Made by a program: the position numbers and the translations under genes. A model generated the notes under the pieces. The model made no database searches, was not told the DNA's origin, and saw nothing but the letters and a program-made list of their open reading frames with translations. A stretch of DNA of 64,000 nt from Siculibacillus lacustris (GTDB taxonomy: Bacteria; Pseudomonadota; Alphaproteobacteria; Rhizobiales; Ancalomicrobiaceae): assembly GCF_004328075.1 (NCBI RefSeq), contig NZ_SJFN01000017.1, positions 92,725 to 156,724 on the forward strand. Direction: 5' to 3'. Below are positions 10,033 through 19,323 of this stretch, piece after piece (within the stretch, counting starts at the first letter, position 1; every line of letters begins with the position of its first letter).

Positions 10033-10817
10033 TGTTGGTCGACAGTCACTGCCACCTCGACTTTCCCGACTTCGTCGCCGATCTCGACGGGGTCATCGGC
10101 CGTGCCGCCGCCGTCGGCGTCGAGCGCATGGTCACCATCTCGACCCGCGTCCGGCAGTTCGACCGGCTGCGGGCGATCGTCGAAAACCGCGAGGAGGTGT
10201 GGTGCTCGGTCGGCACCCACTGCCACCACGCCGAGGAAGAAGCCGAGATCGGCACCGAGGAGCTCTTGCGCCTCGCCGAACACCCGCGCGTCGTGGCGAT
10301 CGGCGAGGCCGGCCTCGACTTCCACTACGACTACAGCCCACGCGAGCGTCAGGAGACGAGCTTCCGCGCCCATATCGCGGCGGCGCGCACGAGCGGCCTG
10401 CCGCTGGTGATCCACGCCCGCGAGGCCGACGACGAGGTGGCGCGGGTGCTCGAGGAGGAGACGGCGATCGGCGCCTTCCCGGCGCTGCTGCACTGCTTCT
10501 CCTCGGGCCCGGAGCTCGCCCGCCGGGCGCTGGCGCTGGGGCTCAGCGTGTCCTTCTCGGGGATTCTCACCTTCAAGAAGTCCGAGGAGGTCCGGGCGAT
10601 CGCCCGCGACGTACCGCTCGACCGCGTGCTGGTGGAGACCGACTCGCCCTATCTGGCGCCGGCACCGCACCGCGGCTGGCGCTGCGAGCCGGCCTTCGTG
10701 GTCGAGACCGCCCGCGTCCTCGCCGACGTCAAGGGCGTGACCCTCGAGGAGATCTCGCGGATCACCACCGACAATTTCCACCGCCTGTTCGCCAAGGTCG
10801 CCCCGCCCGCGGCGTGA
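10032..10817 (+). CDS. tatD: TatD family metal-dependent hydrolase/DNase
   Basis: [14 protein letters not shown]..., IGEAGLDFHY, PLVIHAREADDE, LVETDSPYLAPAPHRG. Start overlaps the metG stop (TGATG). Confidence 0.85.
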   Translation: MLVDSHCHLDFPDFVADLDGVIGRAAAVGVERMVTISTRVRQFDRLRAIVENREEVWCSVGTHCHHAEEEAEIGTEELLRLAEHPRVVAIGEAGLDFHYDYSPRERQETSFRAHIAAARTSGLPLVIHAREADDEVARVLEEETAIGAFPALLHCFSSGPELARRALALGLSVSFSGILTFKKSEEVRAIARDVPLDRVLVETDSPYLAPAPHRGWRCEPAFVVETARVLADVKGVTLEEISRITTDNFHRLFAKVAPPAA

Positions 10818-10843
10818 GGCGACGAGAAAGGACGGCCCGACGT

Positions 10844-11656
10844 ATGGCCGCGACCCTGACCTTCCGCATCCTCGGTAGCGGCTCTTCGCCCGGCAATCCG
10901 CGCATCGGCAACGACTGGGGCCGCTGCGACCCCAAGGAGCCGAAGAACCGCCGCCGACGCGCGGCACTGCTGGTCACCCGCACCGCGGCGAACGGGGCGA
11001 TCACCCGCCTGTTGGTCGACATCGGCCCGGATCTGCGCGAGCAGATGCTCGACGCCGAGGTCGATTGGGTCGACGCCGTGGTGGTCACCCACGCCCACGC
11101 CGACCACACCCACGGCATCGACGACCTGCGCTCCTTCGTGCTCAACCGCCACCACAAGGTGACGATCTGGATGGACGCGCCGACGTCCGAGCGGGTGCGC
11201 GCGGCCTTCGCCTATTGTTTCGAGACCCCGGCCGGCTCGTCCTATCCGCCGATCCTCGACGAGCATCGCATCACCCCGGGCGTGCCGATCACCGTCGACG
11301 GGGAGGGGGGGCCGATCACCTTCACCCCCTTCCGCCAGATGCACGGCGACATCGAGAGCCTCGGCCTGCGCTTCGGGCGCGTCGCCTATTCGACCGACGC
11401 CGTCGGCTTTCCCGACGAGAGTCTGCCGTTCCTCGAGGATCTCGACGTGTGGATCGTCGATTCCCTGCGCCGACGGCCGCATCCCAGCCATTTCTCGGTC
11501 GACGAGGCGCTCGCCTGGATCGCCCGGATGCGGCCCGGCCGCGCCTGGCTGACCCACCTGCACAACGACCTCGATTGGGCGACGATGATCGCCACGCTGC
11601 CGGCGGGAGTCGAACCGGCTTGGGACGGATTGGAATTTCAGTCCGTCGTGGAATGA
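10844..11656 (+). CDS. MBL-fold metallo-hydrolase (PhnP/YcbL-like)
   Basis: ILGSGSSPGNPRIG..., VVVTHAHADHTHGIDDL (HxHxDH metallo-beta-lactamase motif), LTHLHNDLD. Confidence 0.75.
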   Translation: MAATLTFRILGSGSSPGNPRIGNDWGRCDPKEPKNRRRRAALLVTRTAANGAITRLLVDIGPDLREQMLDAEVDWVDAVVVTHAHADHTHGIDDLRSFVLNRHHKVTIWMDAPTSERVRAAFAYCFETPAGSSYPPILDEHRITPGVPITVDGEGGPITFTPFRQMHGDIESLGLRFGRVAYSTDAVGFPDESLPFLEDLDVWIVDSLRRRPHPSHFSVDEALAWIARMRPGRAWLTHLHNDLDWATMIATLPAGVEPAWDGLEFQSVVE

Positions 11657-11993
11657 GGGGCGGGGGCCTTCGCTCGGTTGCCGACGGTTCGTCGGTGTGC
11701 GCCGACACCCTTGGTTTCACGAGATTTTCGGTGTCGTGACCGGTCGTCTTCGGGACGACTACAAGTCGTTTCCGCGATGGTCTGCGACGAGAGAATCGAA
11801 GAGCCGGGTCGTTCCGCGAGCTCCCGCGGGTTTCTTCTGTGACGGATCTCGGCGGCGGCGAGGTGCGCGTCGGAAAGCGAGCGGTGTTCGTTGACAGAAC
11901 GGGGAGGCTCCCGGATGATCGTCGGAAATCGATCGTCGATCGCGGCCGCCGGGGCGGACCGGCGGCGAGGGATCCGACCGGAGGGGACGTCCG

Positions 11994-12491
11994 ATGGCCC
12001 GTGTGACCAACATGCCGAAGGACATCGGCCATCCGCCGGTGTGGATCTGGGACGTCTCCGAGGCGGTCGGGCCGGGGCGCCCCAATCGCCGGCCCGACGT
12101 CGGGCTGGTCCAGGTCGCGCTCAACCAGATGATCCGCCCGAAGAACCTGCGCGACACGCGGCTGCCGTTCAACGCCGCGCCCGACGATCCGCTCAACGCC
12201 CGGCATCACGGCTTTCCGCTGCTCGACTTTCTCGAGGTCGACGGCTGGTTCGGGAAGGACACCGCCTATGCCATCGGCGCCTATCAGGCGGCGACCAACT
12301 ACTGCGTCAACGACGGCGTGGTCAGCCCGGTGTTTCCGATGCTGGCGCGCGAGGGCACGCCCGGGTGGATCGCCGATCTCACCCGACGCACCATGTACCA
12401 GCTGAACTACGAGATCCTGCAGAACTACAAGGTCATGTTGCGCGAGAATTTGTTCCCGCCGTTCCTGCGCGACGCCACCCGCACCATGTGA
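11994..12491 (+). CDS. Leaderless 165-aa protein carrying a peptidoglycan-binding (PG_binding_1-like) domain and no catalytic domain
   Basis: NRRPDVGLVQVALNQM...LDFLEVDGWFGKDTAYAIGAYQAATNYCVNDGVVSPVFPML fits the LQ..L...G...vDG.FG..T..Av..FQ......DGvvg..T consensus and parallels the N-terminus of the muramidase at 15068..15961 (NRPEDVTVVQGHLNQF...VDGYCGIATISAIRTFQ). Native-like GC3 codon usage; no signal peptide. Confidence 0.55.
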   Translation: MARVTNMPKDIGHPPVWIWDVSEAVGPGRPNRRPDVGLVQVALNQMIRPKNLRDTRLPFNAAPDDPLNARHHGFPLLDFLEVDGWFGKDTAYAIGAYQAATNYCVNDGVVSPVFPMLAREGTPGWIADLTRRTMYQLNYEILQNYKVMLRENLFPPFLRDATRTM

Positions 12492-12822
12492 GCGGCGCCC
12501 GCGGCGGGCTCGCAGCGGGTGCGTCGATCGGCCGAAGGGCCTCTGGTCGTCCGAGCGGCGCCCGGAGGGGCCTTCGGCGGCCGCGGGCCGAGCCCAGATC
12601 GGTCCTGTTGCCACGTCAAATAGGTTCCATAATCCATCTTATGCGAATGGAGCGTGTCAGGATGGCGGCTTCGGGATGCCTCTGGACGGCCAGCCGCACC
12701 CGTCGCCGGTCGCCATGATGCCGCCCCATCCCGCGCGCGATGTCGCGACGGAACCTCGTTCGCCACCGGGCACCCCGCCCGCGGAACCTCGACGGATCCG
12801 ACGCCGCCTTTCGGAGTTCGCC

Positions 12823-13515
12823 ATGCCCAAGCCCGACGCGACGCCCGCCCCGCGCCACCGCCGCCTTCCGTGGCAGGCGCTGGCGTTGCGCCCTCATCTC
12901 GCCGGAGCGATCGGGACCGCGGTCGCGGTCGCCGTTTCGGCGTCGCTGCTCGCCGCCTGGCGCTGGCCGACCGTCGTCCTGGTCGCCTGGAACGTCGGGG
13001 TCGGCCTGTGGATCGCCCTGACGCTGGCGATGATGGCGGCCTCCGACGACGCCACCACGCTGCGTCGCGCCCGCCGCCTCGACGAGAGCGCCGGCACCAT
13101 CCTCGCCGCTGCGGTCCTGGCCGGCCTCGCCAGCCTCTCGGCGATCGTCTTCGAACTCGGCATCGTCAAGGACCTGACCGGCCTGCCCCGCGCCGGCCAT
13201 GTCGCGCTGGCCGCCCTGACGGTGCTGACCGCCTGGAGCTTCATCCACGCGATGTTCGCGCTCCACTATGCCCACACCTGGACGCTGGGCGCGGCGAACG
13301 GCAACGGCGGACTGCGCATTCCCGGCGAGGATCACCCCGATTATTGGGACTTCCTCTATGTCGCGGTGGTGATCGGCACCTCCGGCCAGACCGCCGACGT
13401 CGAATTCACCTCGAAGCGCCTGCGCCGGATCGGGCTGGTCCATTGCGCCCTCGCCTTCGTGTTCAACACCACCGTTCTCGCCCTGACCGTCAACATCGCC
13501 GCCGGGCTGATCTGA
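12823..13515 (+). CDS. DUF1345-family integral membrane protein
   Basis: MPKPDATPAPRHRRLPWQALALRPHLAGAIGTAVAVAVSASLL...; 5-6 TM helices, then LHYAHTWTLG...LRIPGEDHPDYWDFLYVAVVIGTSGQTADVEF, a signature recalled for DUF1345. Confidence 0.6.
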   Translation: MPKPDATPAPRHRRLPWQALALRPHLAGAIGTAVAVAVSASLLAAWRWPTVVLVAWNVGVGLWIALTLAMMAASDDATTLRRARRLDESAGTILAAAVLAGLASLSAIVFELGIVKDLTGLPRAGHVALAALTVLTAWSFIHAMFALHYAHTWTLGAANGNGGLRIPGEDHPDYWDFLYVAVVIGTSGQTADVEFTSKRLRRIGLVHCALAFVFNTTVLALTVNIAAGLI

Positions 13516-13730
13516 GGGCCCCCTCGCCTCGCGCGCGTTCGATTCGGGGCGACATGGGCGCTCACGAACGGCGTGATCGAATCGATTGAATATTTCTGAG
13601 AAGCCGCATTTGCGACATGTTGACGCGGCCTCATACCGCGTCGTCGGCTGCGCCCTCCCCTCGGTCCGCCCGCGACCCGACGACTCGGTTGCCTTGTCGA
13701 TATTTCCGGTTTCTACGGAGGAGCCCTTCG

Positions 13731-14261
13731 ATGTCCGAATATTCAGCCAACGACGACGACGGCGTCAATCAATTGATCTGGTTACAGGAACGCGGCGACA
13801 CCTGCGGTCCGGCCTGCGTCTACATGATCGAGCGCAATCGCGCCCAGGCCTCGCTGGTCGGCGGCGAGGTGCGGGTCCGGCAGATCACCGAGATGCTGCC
13901 CAACGGTTACAGCGAAGGCAACGGCACCGCCGACTACTCCGCGCTCGCCGCGGTGCTCAACACGGTCGGCATCCGCGCCGAAGCCCGCTTCGTCGGCAAC
14001 ATCTCCGCCTTCGTCGCCGCCGCTCCCTTCCCGTTCATCGCCCGCGTCGGATGGTCGGGCGGCGGCGGCCATTTCGTGGTCTGCACCAAGACCACCGGCT
14101 ACGGCAACATGGTGGCGCTCGATCCCTGGTATGGGCTGATCCAGCCGCCCGTCTCGGGACTGCCGAGCTACCCGGTGCGCTCCGACGCCCGTCAGGGCAT
14201 CTCCCGGCGCATCCCGATCATGGGTTCGCTGTCGGGCCACATGATCATCCTGACCTCCTGA
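13731..14261 (+). CDS. Standalone papain-like cysteine peptidase, C39-like
   Basis: 176 aa with a GGAGG RBS. The catalytic Cys sits in QERGDTCGPACVYMI (C39-type Q...CG.AC), the His in GGGHFVVC, and an Asp/Asn in ALDPWYG. No signal peptide and no ABC-transporter fusion. Confidence 0.55.
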   Translation: MSEYSANDDDGVNQLIWLQERGDTCGPACVYMIERNRAQASLVGGEVRVRQITEMLPNGYSEGNGTADYSALAAVLNTVGIRAEARFVGNISAFVAAAPFPFIARVGWSGGGGHFVVCTKTTGYGNMVALDPWYGLIQPPVSGLPSYPVRSDARQGISRRIPIMGSLSGHMIILTS

Positions 14262-14543
14262 GCCGAAGCGACGCCGAGGCCCGCGAGGGGCGCACCGATC
14301 CGCCCGGGCCGGGCCGTCGTTCCGCTCCCCTGGGCGGCGACACCCTGGCATGGGACGCCTTCGACTGAAATGTAGTGCGCACAACTGACATGCGGCGAGG
14401 CGACTGACATTTGCCGAGCGCCTCTGACATGGGGCAGCGCCCACCGACATGGACCCGTCGACCGCCGCGCCGGATCGGTGACGCGCGGGAGGGCCGCGGC
14501 GGCCCCCTCCCCGCGGTGCGCCTCACGGCGGCCGCACGGGCGC

Positions 14544-14978
14544 TCAGTCGGAATCGGGGCGGGTGTTGCGCAGGCTCTTGACCGTGCCGCGCTTCTTCTT
14601 GCCGTCGAGGCGGCGCAACTCGCTGCCCCAGGTCGGTTTGGTCGGCCGGCGCGGCGGCGGCGGCGGGATCGCCGCTTCGCGGATCAGCTCCAGCAGGCGC
14701 TCCAGCGCGTCGGCGCGGTTGCGCTCCTGGGTGCGGTGGCGATCGGCGCGCAGGATCAGCACGCCGTCGAGGGTCAGGCGCCGCCCGGCCAGCCGCGCCA
14801 GGCGCTCGCGCACGGCTTCCGGCAGCGACGGCGAACCGGCGACGTCGAAGCGCAGTTCCACCGCCGTCGACACCTTGTTGACGTTCTGCCCGCCCGGGCC
14901 GGAGGCGCGCATGAAGGTCTCGACCAACTCGTCGGGGTCGAGACGGATCGAACGGGTGACGACGATCGGCGGGCTCAT
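14544..14978 (-). CDS. arfB: Alternative ribosome-rescue factor ArfB (peptidyl-tRNA hydrolase, YaeJ family)
   Basis: ASGPGGQNVNKVSTAVELRF (GGQ motif); basic C-terminal tail KKKRGTVKSLR. Confidence 0.85.
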   Translation of the reverse strand: MSPPIVVTRSIRLDPDELVETFMRASGPGGQNVNKVSTAVELRFDVAGSPSLPEAVRERLARLAGRRLTLDGVLILRADRHRTQERNRADALERLLELIREAAIPPPPPRRPTKPTWGSELRRLDGKKKRGTVKSLRNTRPDSD

Positions 14979-15067
14979 CGGACGGCTTTCGCAAGGGAAC
15001 GGACGGAGGAGGCTTCCCGCCCTCCCCGCGCCGCCGTCATATCACGCCGACCGCCCTGCCCGCACCC

Positions 15068-15961
15068 TCAGCTGCCGCCGAGCTTGTGATAGGCGCGCTT
15101 GATGCGCTGGTCGTAGTCGCCGAAGTCGTCGCCGTTGTAGAGCGTCGCCATGAAGGCGAAGTTCTTCGCCGCCATCGCCGGGATCATGCCGGCCTTCTTG
15201 ATGCAGTAGCCGACGAAGGCGTCGAGTTGGCCCTTCTCGCCGGCCTTCATCGCCGCGACGAACTCGTCCACCGTGCCGTAGCCGCAGGACTTGAAATTGA
15301 AGCCCATCACCTGGAACATCCCCCAGGAACAGGCCTGCAGCGCGGCGTCGTGATCGAGCACGGTGGCGGTCTTGAGGGTTTCCCAGGCGGTGGCCTGATC
15401 GTGGTTGTTGGCCTTCCACTCCGGTCCGGCCTTCTTCTTGTAGGGGTAGGACAGCAGCGGGTGGGTCTTGTCGAAGCGGTGTTTCGACAGCCGGCGGAAG
15501 ATGTGACCCTCGTAGGCGATGATCGGGCGCAGATCGGGACCGAAGCCGCTCTTGCCGCCCGATTCGACCTCGGCGAAGGCCTTGATCAGCAGCGGCGAGA
15601 TGTCGTGGCCCATGCGATTCGCCGCCGCCTGGAAGTCGTCGTCGCTCAGGCGTGACGGCGAGCCGACCGGCAGGGCGATGCTGCGCTCGGACCTGTTCAG
15701 GGCCTGGATCGCCCGTTTGCCCGAGAGCAGCGACCAGGTCGGCCCCTGCACCGCGACGATACCGTCGGGGTGCCGCATGCCGACCACGACCTTCTGGAAG
15801 GTCCGGATCGCCGAAATCGTCGCGATCCCGCAATAGCCGTCGACGCGCAGCCGCGGATGGCGGCCCAAGAAATTGAATTGATTGAGATGGCCCTGGACGA
15901 CCGTGACGTCCTCGGGGCGGTTGTGCTGATGATGCCCGACGTTTCCCGCCAGATTGAACAT
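15068..15961 (-). CDS. N-acetylmuramidase (DUF3380 / TtsA-endolysin-like) with N-terminal peptidoglycan-binding domain, leaderless
   Basis: Start MFNLAGNV (revcomp ATG at 15961, GAGG upstream). The PG_binding_1 part is VVQGHLNQFNFLGRHPRLRVDGYCGIATISAIRTFQ. The C-terminal ...EGHIFRRL...LSYPYKKKAGPEWKANNHDQATAWETL...SWGMFQVMGFNFKSCGYGTVDEFVAAM...FMATLYNGDDFGDYDQRIKRAY is characteristic of DUF3380 muramidases. ORF 15068..16213 is an artefactual N-terminal extension. Confidence 0.7.
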   Translation of the reverse strand: MFNLAGNVGHHQHNRPEDVTVVQGHLNQFNFLGRHPRLRVDGYCGIATISAIRTFQKVVVGMRHPDGIVAVQGPTWSLLSGKRAIQALNRSERSIALPVGSPSRLSDDDFQAAANRMGHDISPLLIKAFAEVESGGKSGFGPDLRPIIAYEGHIFRRLSKHRFDKTHPLLSYPYKKKAGPEWKANNHDQATAWETLKTATVLDHDAALQACSWGMFQVMGFNFKSCGYGTVDEFVAAMKAGEKGQLDAFVGYCIKKAGMIPAMAAKNFAFMATLYNGDDFGDYDQRIKRAYHKLGGS

Positions 15962-16148
15962 CGTCTGGACCTCGCATGGGGACAAGTCGCCGATCCTGTG
16001 ATGGAACGCCCGCCTTGTCCAGCGGCGCGGCGCGGGGTCACCCGCACGCGAAGTCCTGCCAGGGCCGACGATCCGCTTTAGGATCGGCAAACGCCCGCAC
16101 CGACTCGGGTGCCGCCGCCCTGCCCTGCCCCGACGCCGAGGAACCCGC

Positions 16149-16970
16149 ATGACCCCGTCCCGCGACATCGACCGCCTGCTCGAGATCATGGCGCGGCTGC
16201 GCACCCCCGGCACCGGCTGCCCGTGGGACCTCGAACAGGACTTCGCGTCGATCGCTCCCTACACCATCGAGGAGGCCTACGAGGTCGCCGAGGCGATCGC
16301 CCGCGGCGACCGCCACGATCTCTGCGACGAGCTCGGCGATCTCCTGCTGCAGGTGGTGTTTCACGCCCGCATGGCCGAGGAGGAGGGAAGCTTCGACTTC
16401 GGCGCGGTGGTCGAAGCGATCACCGCCAAGATGATCCGCCGCCACCCCCACGTCTTCGGCAGCCTCGACACCCGCGAGGTGGCGGTGGCGCAGGACGCCT
16501 GGGCGCGGATCAAGGCCGAGGAGAAGGCGGTGCGCGCCGCGCGTCTCGCCGCCGAGGGCCGCGCCCTGCCGCCCGCCGGCCTCCTCGACGCGGTCGGCGT
16601 CGCCATGCCGGCCCTGACCCGGGCGGTCAAGCTCCAGGCCCGCGCCGGCACCGTCGGCTTCGACTGGAACGATCCCAGGGCGGTGATCGCCAAGATCCGC
16701 GAGGAGCTCGACGAGATCGAGGCCGAGATCGACACGCCCACCCCGATTCCCGCGCGGCAGGAGGACGAACTCGGCGACGTGCTGTTCGCGGTCGCCAATC
16801 TGGCGCGCCATCTGGCGCTCGATCCGGAGAAGGCGCTGCGCGGCACCAACGACAAGTTCACCCGCCGCTTCGCCCATATCGAGCGCCGCCTCGCCGAGGC
16901 CGGCCGCTCGCCTGCCGAGGCCTCGCTCGACGAGATGGAGGCGCTGTGGGTCGAGGCCAAGGGCCGGTGA
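16149..16970 (+). CDS. mazG: Nucleoside triphosphate pyrophosphohydrolase MazG
   Basis: Two MazG repeats: CPWDLEQDFASIAPYTIEEAYEVAEAI...ELGDLLLQVVFHARMAEE and a second EELGDVLFAVANLARH. Confidence 0.85.
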   Translation: MTPSRDIDRLLEIMARLRTPGTGCPWDLEQDFASIAPYTIEEAYEVAEAIARGDRHDLCDELGDLLLQVVFHARMAEEEGSFDFGAVVEAITAKMIRRHPHVFGSLDTREVAVAQDAWARIKAEEKAVRAARLAAEGRALPPAGLLDAVGVAMPALTRAVKLQARAGTVGFDWNDPRAVIAKIREELDEIEAEIDTPTPIPARQEDELGDVLFAVANLARHLALDPEKALRGTNDKFTRRFAHIERRLAEAGRSPAEASLDEMEALWVEAKGR

Positions 16971-17101
16971 GCCGCGCGAACGCCGCCTAGGGTGCAGCGA
17001 GCGCGGGACGCCGGGTCCGTGTGCCGGGGCGCCTCCGTCACCCGGCCCCTCCCCGCACCGGCGTCACCCGGTGGCCCGCGCAGCCCCTCCCCGGACACGA
17101 A

Positions 17102-17132
17102 GACGCCGGCCGCGGGGGGCGCGGCCGGCGTC
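17102..17132. terminator. Perfect 31-nt palindrome (13-bp GC stem, GGGGG loop) between convergent mazG and dctM; candidate bidirectional terminator
   Basis: gacgccggccgcg-ggggg-cgcggccggcgtc read directly in the sequence. No U-tract, as is common in high-GC genomes. Confidence 0.4.
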
Positions 17133-17174
17133 GGAGCGATCGGCGAGACGGTCCGGGATCGCCCGGACCCCGGC

Positions 17175-18455
17175 TCACTTCAGGAGATCGTGCACGAACA
17201 TCGAGGTGCCCGGCACCAGGGTGACGATCAGCAGGGTGATCCACAGCGCCGCCATGAACGGCCACATCGAGCGGACGACCTTGCTCACCGAGACTTCGCC
17301 GATGGCGCAGCCGAGGTAGAACGCGGCGCCGACCGGCGGGGTGTTCAGACCGATGGTGCAGTTCAGGAGCACGATGATGCCGAACTGAACCGGATCCATG
17401 CCATAGTGCATGACGATCGGCAGGAAGATCGGGGTGCAGACCAGGATGTGCGCCGCCATGTCCAGGAAGATGCCGAACAGGAACAGCGCGATGTCGACCA
17501 TGATGAACACCACCCAGGGGGTCGTGCTGATGCTCGACAGGAATTCACCGGCGAGTTCGGCGACCCCGTAGATGCTCATCAGGTAGCCGAACATCGTGGA
17601 GATGCCGACCAGCAGCAGGACGATACCGGTGGTCTTGCTCGCCTTGGCCGCCGCCTTGAGGAAGTGCTCGAGGCTCAGGCTGCGATAGACCAGGACGGTC
17701 AGGAGCAGCGCATAGAGCACCGCCACCGCGCCGGCTTCCGCCGCCGTGAACACGCCGGACAGGATGCCGCCGACGATGATCACCATGATGAACAGGCCGG
17801 GCAGCGCCACCGCCAGCGAACGCCACACTTCGGTCCAGCCGGGGAACTTGCCGGCCGGATAGTTGCGCATGCGGGCGACGATGTAGGCGGTGAGCAGGTT
17901 GGCCACCGACAGCATCGCCGCCGGAACCGCGCCCGCCATGATCAGCGAGTTCATCGAGACGATGCCGCCGGCCGCCAGCGAGTAGATGATCATGTTGTGG
18001 CTGGTCGGCATCACCGCGCCGACCAGCGACGAATAGGTGGTGACGTTGACCGCGTAGTCGGCGTCGATGCCTTCGCGCTTCATCAAGGGGATCAGCGCCG
18101 AACCCATCGCCGAGACGTCGGCGACCGGCGAGCCGGACACGCCGCCGAACATGGTGCAGGCGACCACGTTGGTCATGCCGAGACCGCCGCGGACGTGGCC
18201 GACCATGGCCTTGGAACAGCGGATGATGCGATCGGCGATGCCGCCGTACATCATCAGCTCACCGGTGAAGATGAAGAACGGAATGGTCAGGAACGCAAAG
18301 ACGTTCATGCCCGCGGCCATGCGCTGGAACACCACCGCGACCGGCAGGCCTTCGTAGAGCACCGTGGCGAGCGACGACAGACCGATGGCGAACACCACCG
18401 GCATGCCGACGATGAGTCCGAGGATGAAGGTCACGCAGAGAATGGTCAGTGCCAT
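17175..18455 (-). CDS. dctM: TRAP transporter large permease subunit
   Basis: MALTILCVTFILGLIVGMPVVFAIG...; 426 aa, ~12 TM helices; GGAGG RBS; overlaps the dctQ stop. Confidence 0.9.
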   Translation of the reverse strand: MALTILCVTFILGLIVGMPVVFAIGLSSLATVLYEGLPVAVVFQRMAAGMNVFAFLTIPFFIFTGELMMYGGIADRIIRCSKAMVGHVRGGLGMTNVVACTMFGGVSGSPVADVSAMGSALIPLMKREGIDADYAVNVTTYSSLVGAVMPTSHNMIIYSLAAGGIVSMNSLIMAGAVPAAMLSVANLLTAYIVARMRNYPAGKFPGWTEVWRSLAVALPGLFIMVIIVGGILSGVFTAAEAGAVAVLYALLLTVLVYRSLSLEHFLKAAAKASKTTGIVLLLVGISTMFGYLMSIYGVAELAGEFLSSISTTPWVVFIMVDIALFLFGIFLDMAAHILVCTPIFLPIVMHYGMDPVQFGIIVLLNCTIGLNTPPVGAAFYLGCAIGEVSVSKVVRSMWPFMAALWITLLIVTLVPGTSMFVHDLLK

Positions 18456-19003
18456 GACGGAATGACCTCCAGGTTCAGAACCCGAGCGACCACGCGCTCG
18501 ACGGCGAACACCATGATGAGAATGCCGCCGAGGCAAAGGGGCAGATAGGTCCAGGCCTGCGAGATCGGCAGTCCGGGATTGACGTACTCCATCATCTCCC
18601 AGCTCAGGATGCCGCCGCCCCAGGTCATGAAGCCGCCGAAGACGATCATGCCGAGGTAGACGATGATGTCCGCGGCCTTGCGGACGATCGCCGGAGCGAA
18701 GGACAGGAGCGACTCCATGCCGATGTGGCGGCCGTCGCGGACGCCGACCGCGGCGGCGAAGCAGGTGACGTAGAGCACCAACACCAACGCCAGGATCTCG
18801 GTCCAGGTCGGCGAGTCGTTCATCACATAACGGCCCCAGATTTGGATCAGAACCGCCACGAGAATGATGTTGAGTCCGACCACCGCGATCTGCAGGCAGA
18901 TCCGGGACAGGACGGCATGAAAGCGGAAGTAGGTCCCGAGAGCCCCCTGGGCTTCGGTCGTCTTCATGCGGGAAGGGGGCGGGGCCAGCGGTTGCGCAGC
19001 CAT
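18446..19003 (-). CDS. dctQ: TRAP transporter small permease subunit
   Basis: 185 aa, 4 TM helices (ICLQIAVVGLNIILVAVLIQIWGRYV..., ILALVLVLYVTCFAAA...). Start taken at MAAQPL with GAGGAG 8 nt upstream; MKTTEAQ 12 codons downstream is an alternative. Confidence 0.75.
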   Translation of the reverse strand: MAAQPLAPPPSRMKTTEAQGALGTYFRFHAVLSRICLQIAVVGLNIILVAVLIQIWGRYVMNDSPTWTEILALVLVLYVTCFAAAVGVRDGRHIGMESLLSFAPAIVRKAADIIVYLGMIVFGGFMTWGGGILSWEMMEYVNPGLPISQAWTYLPLCLGGILIMVFAVERVVARVLNLEVIPSWH

Positions 19004-19323
19004 CCGTGAATCTCCTCGATTTCCATGATGTACGGATGGTCGGCGCCTACCCCCCGAAAGAGGATGCTCACCGACCATGCTCGTCTCGCCGAACGTCGCG
19101 CCCCGGGGTCTCGAACGAGATCACCGCGACGGGCGCCGGACGGGGCGGCCGGTCCGGTTCGGTCGTCCCGGCCGGTGGATCGCTCCACGCGGCCGAGACG
19201 GCGAACCTCGTTTCCCGGATCGCTCGATGCGGTCCGGGGTGTCGCCGTCGGGGTTCACCGGTTGCCCGGCGGGTCAGACGAACCCCGGCGACGACCGAGA
19301 GTCGCACACGAAAGCGACGTGGG

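Noticed and set aside
15068-16213. Full 381-aa extent of the muramidase ORF, and the idea that the muramidase marks a prophage
   Set aside because: The N-terminal 84 codons are Arg-rich shadow sequence overlapping the mazG promoter region, and the real start is MFNLAG at 15961. No holin, terminase, capsid, tail or integrase genes are present, so a prophage is not supported.
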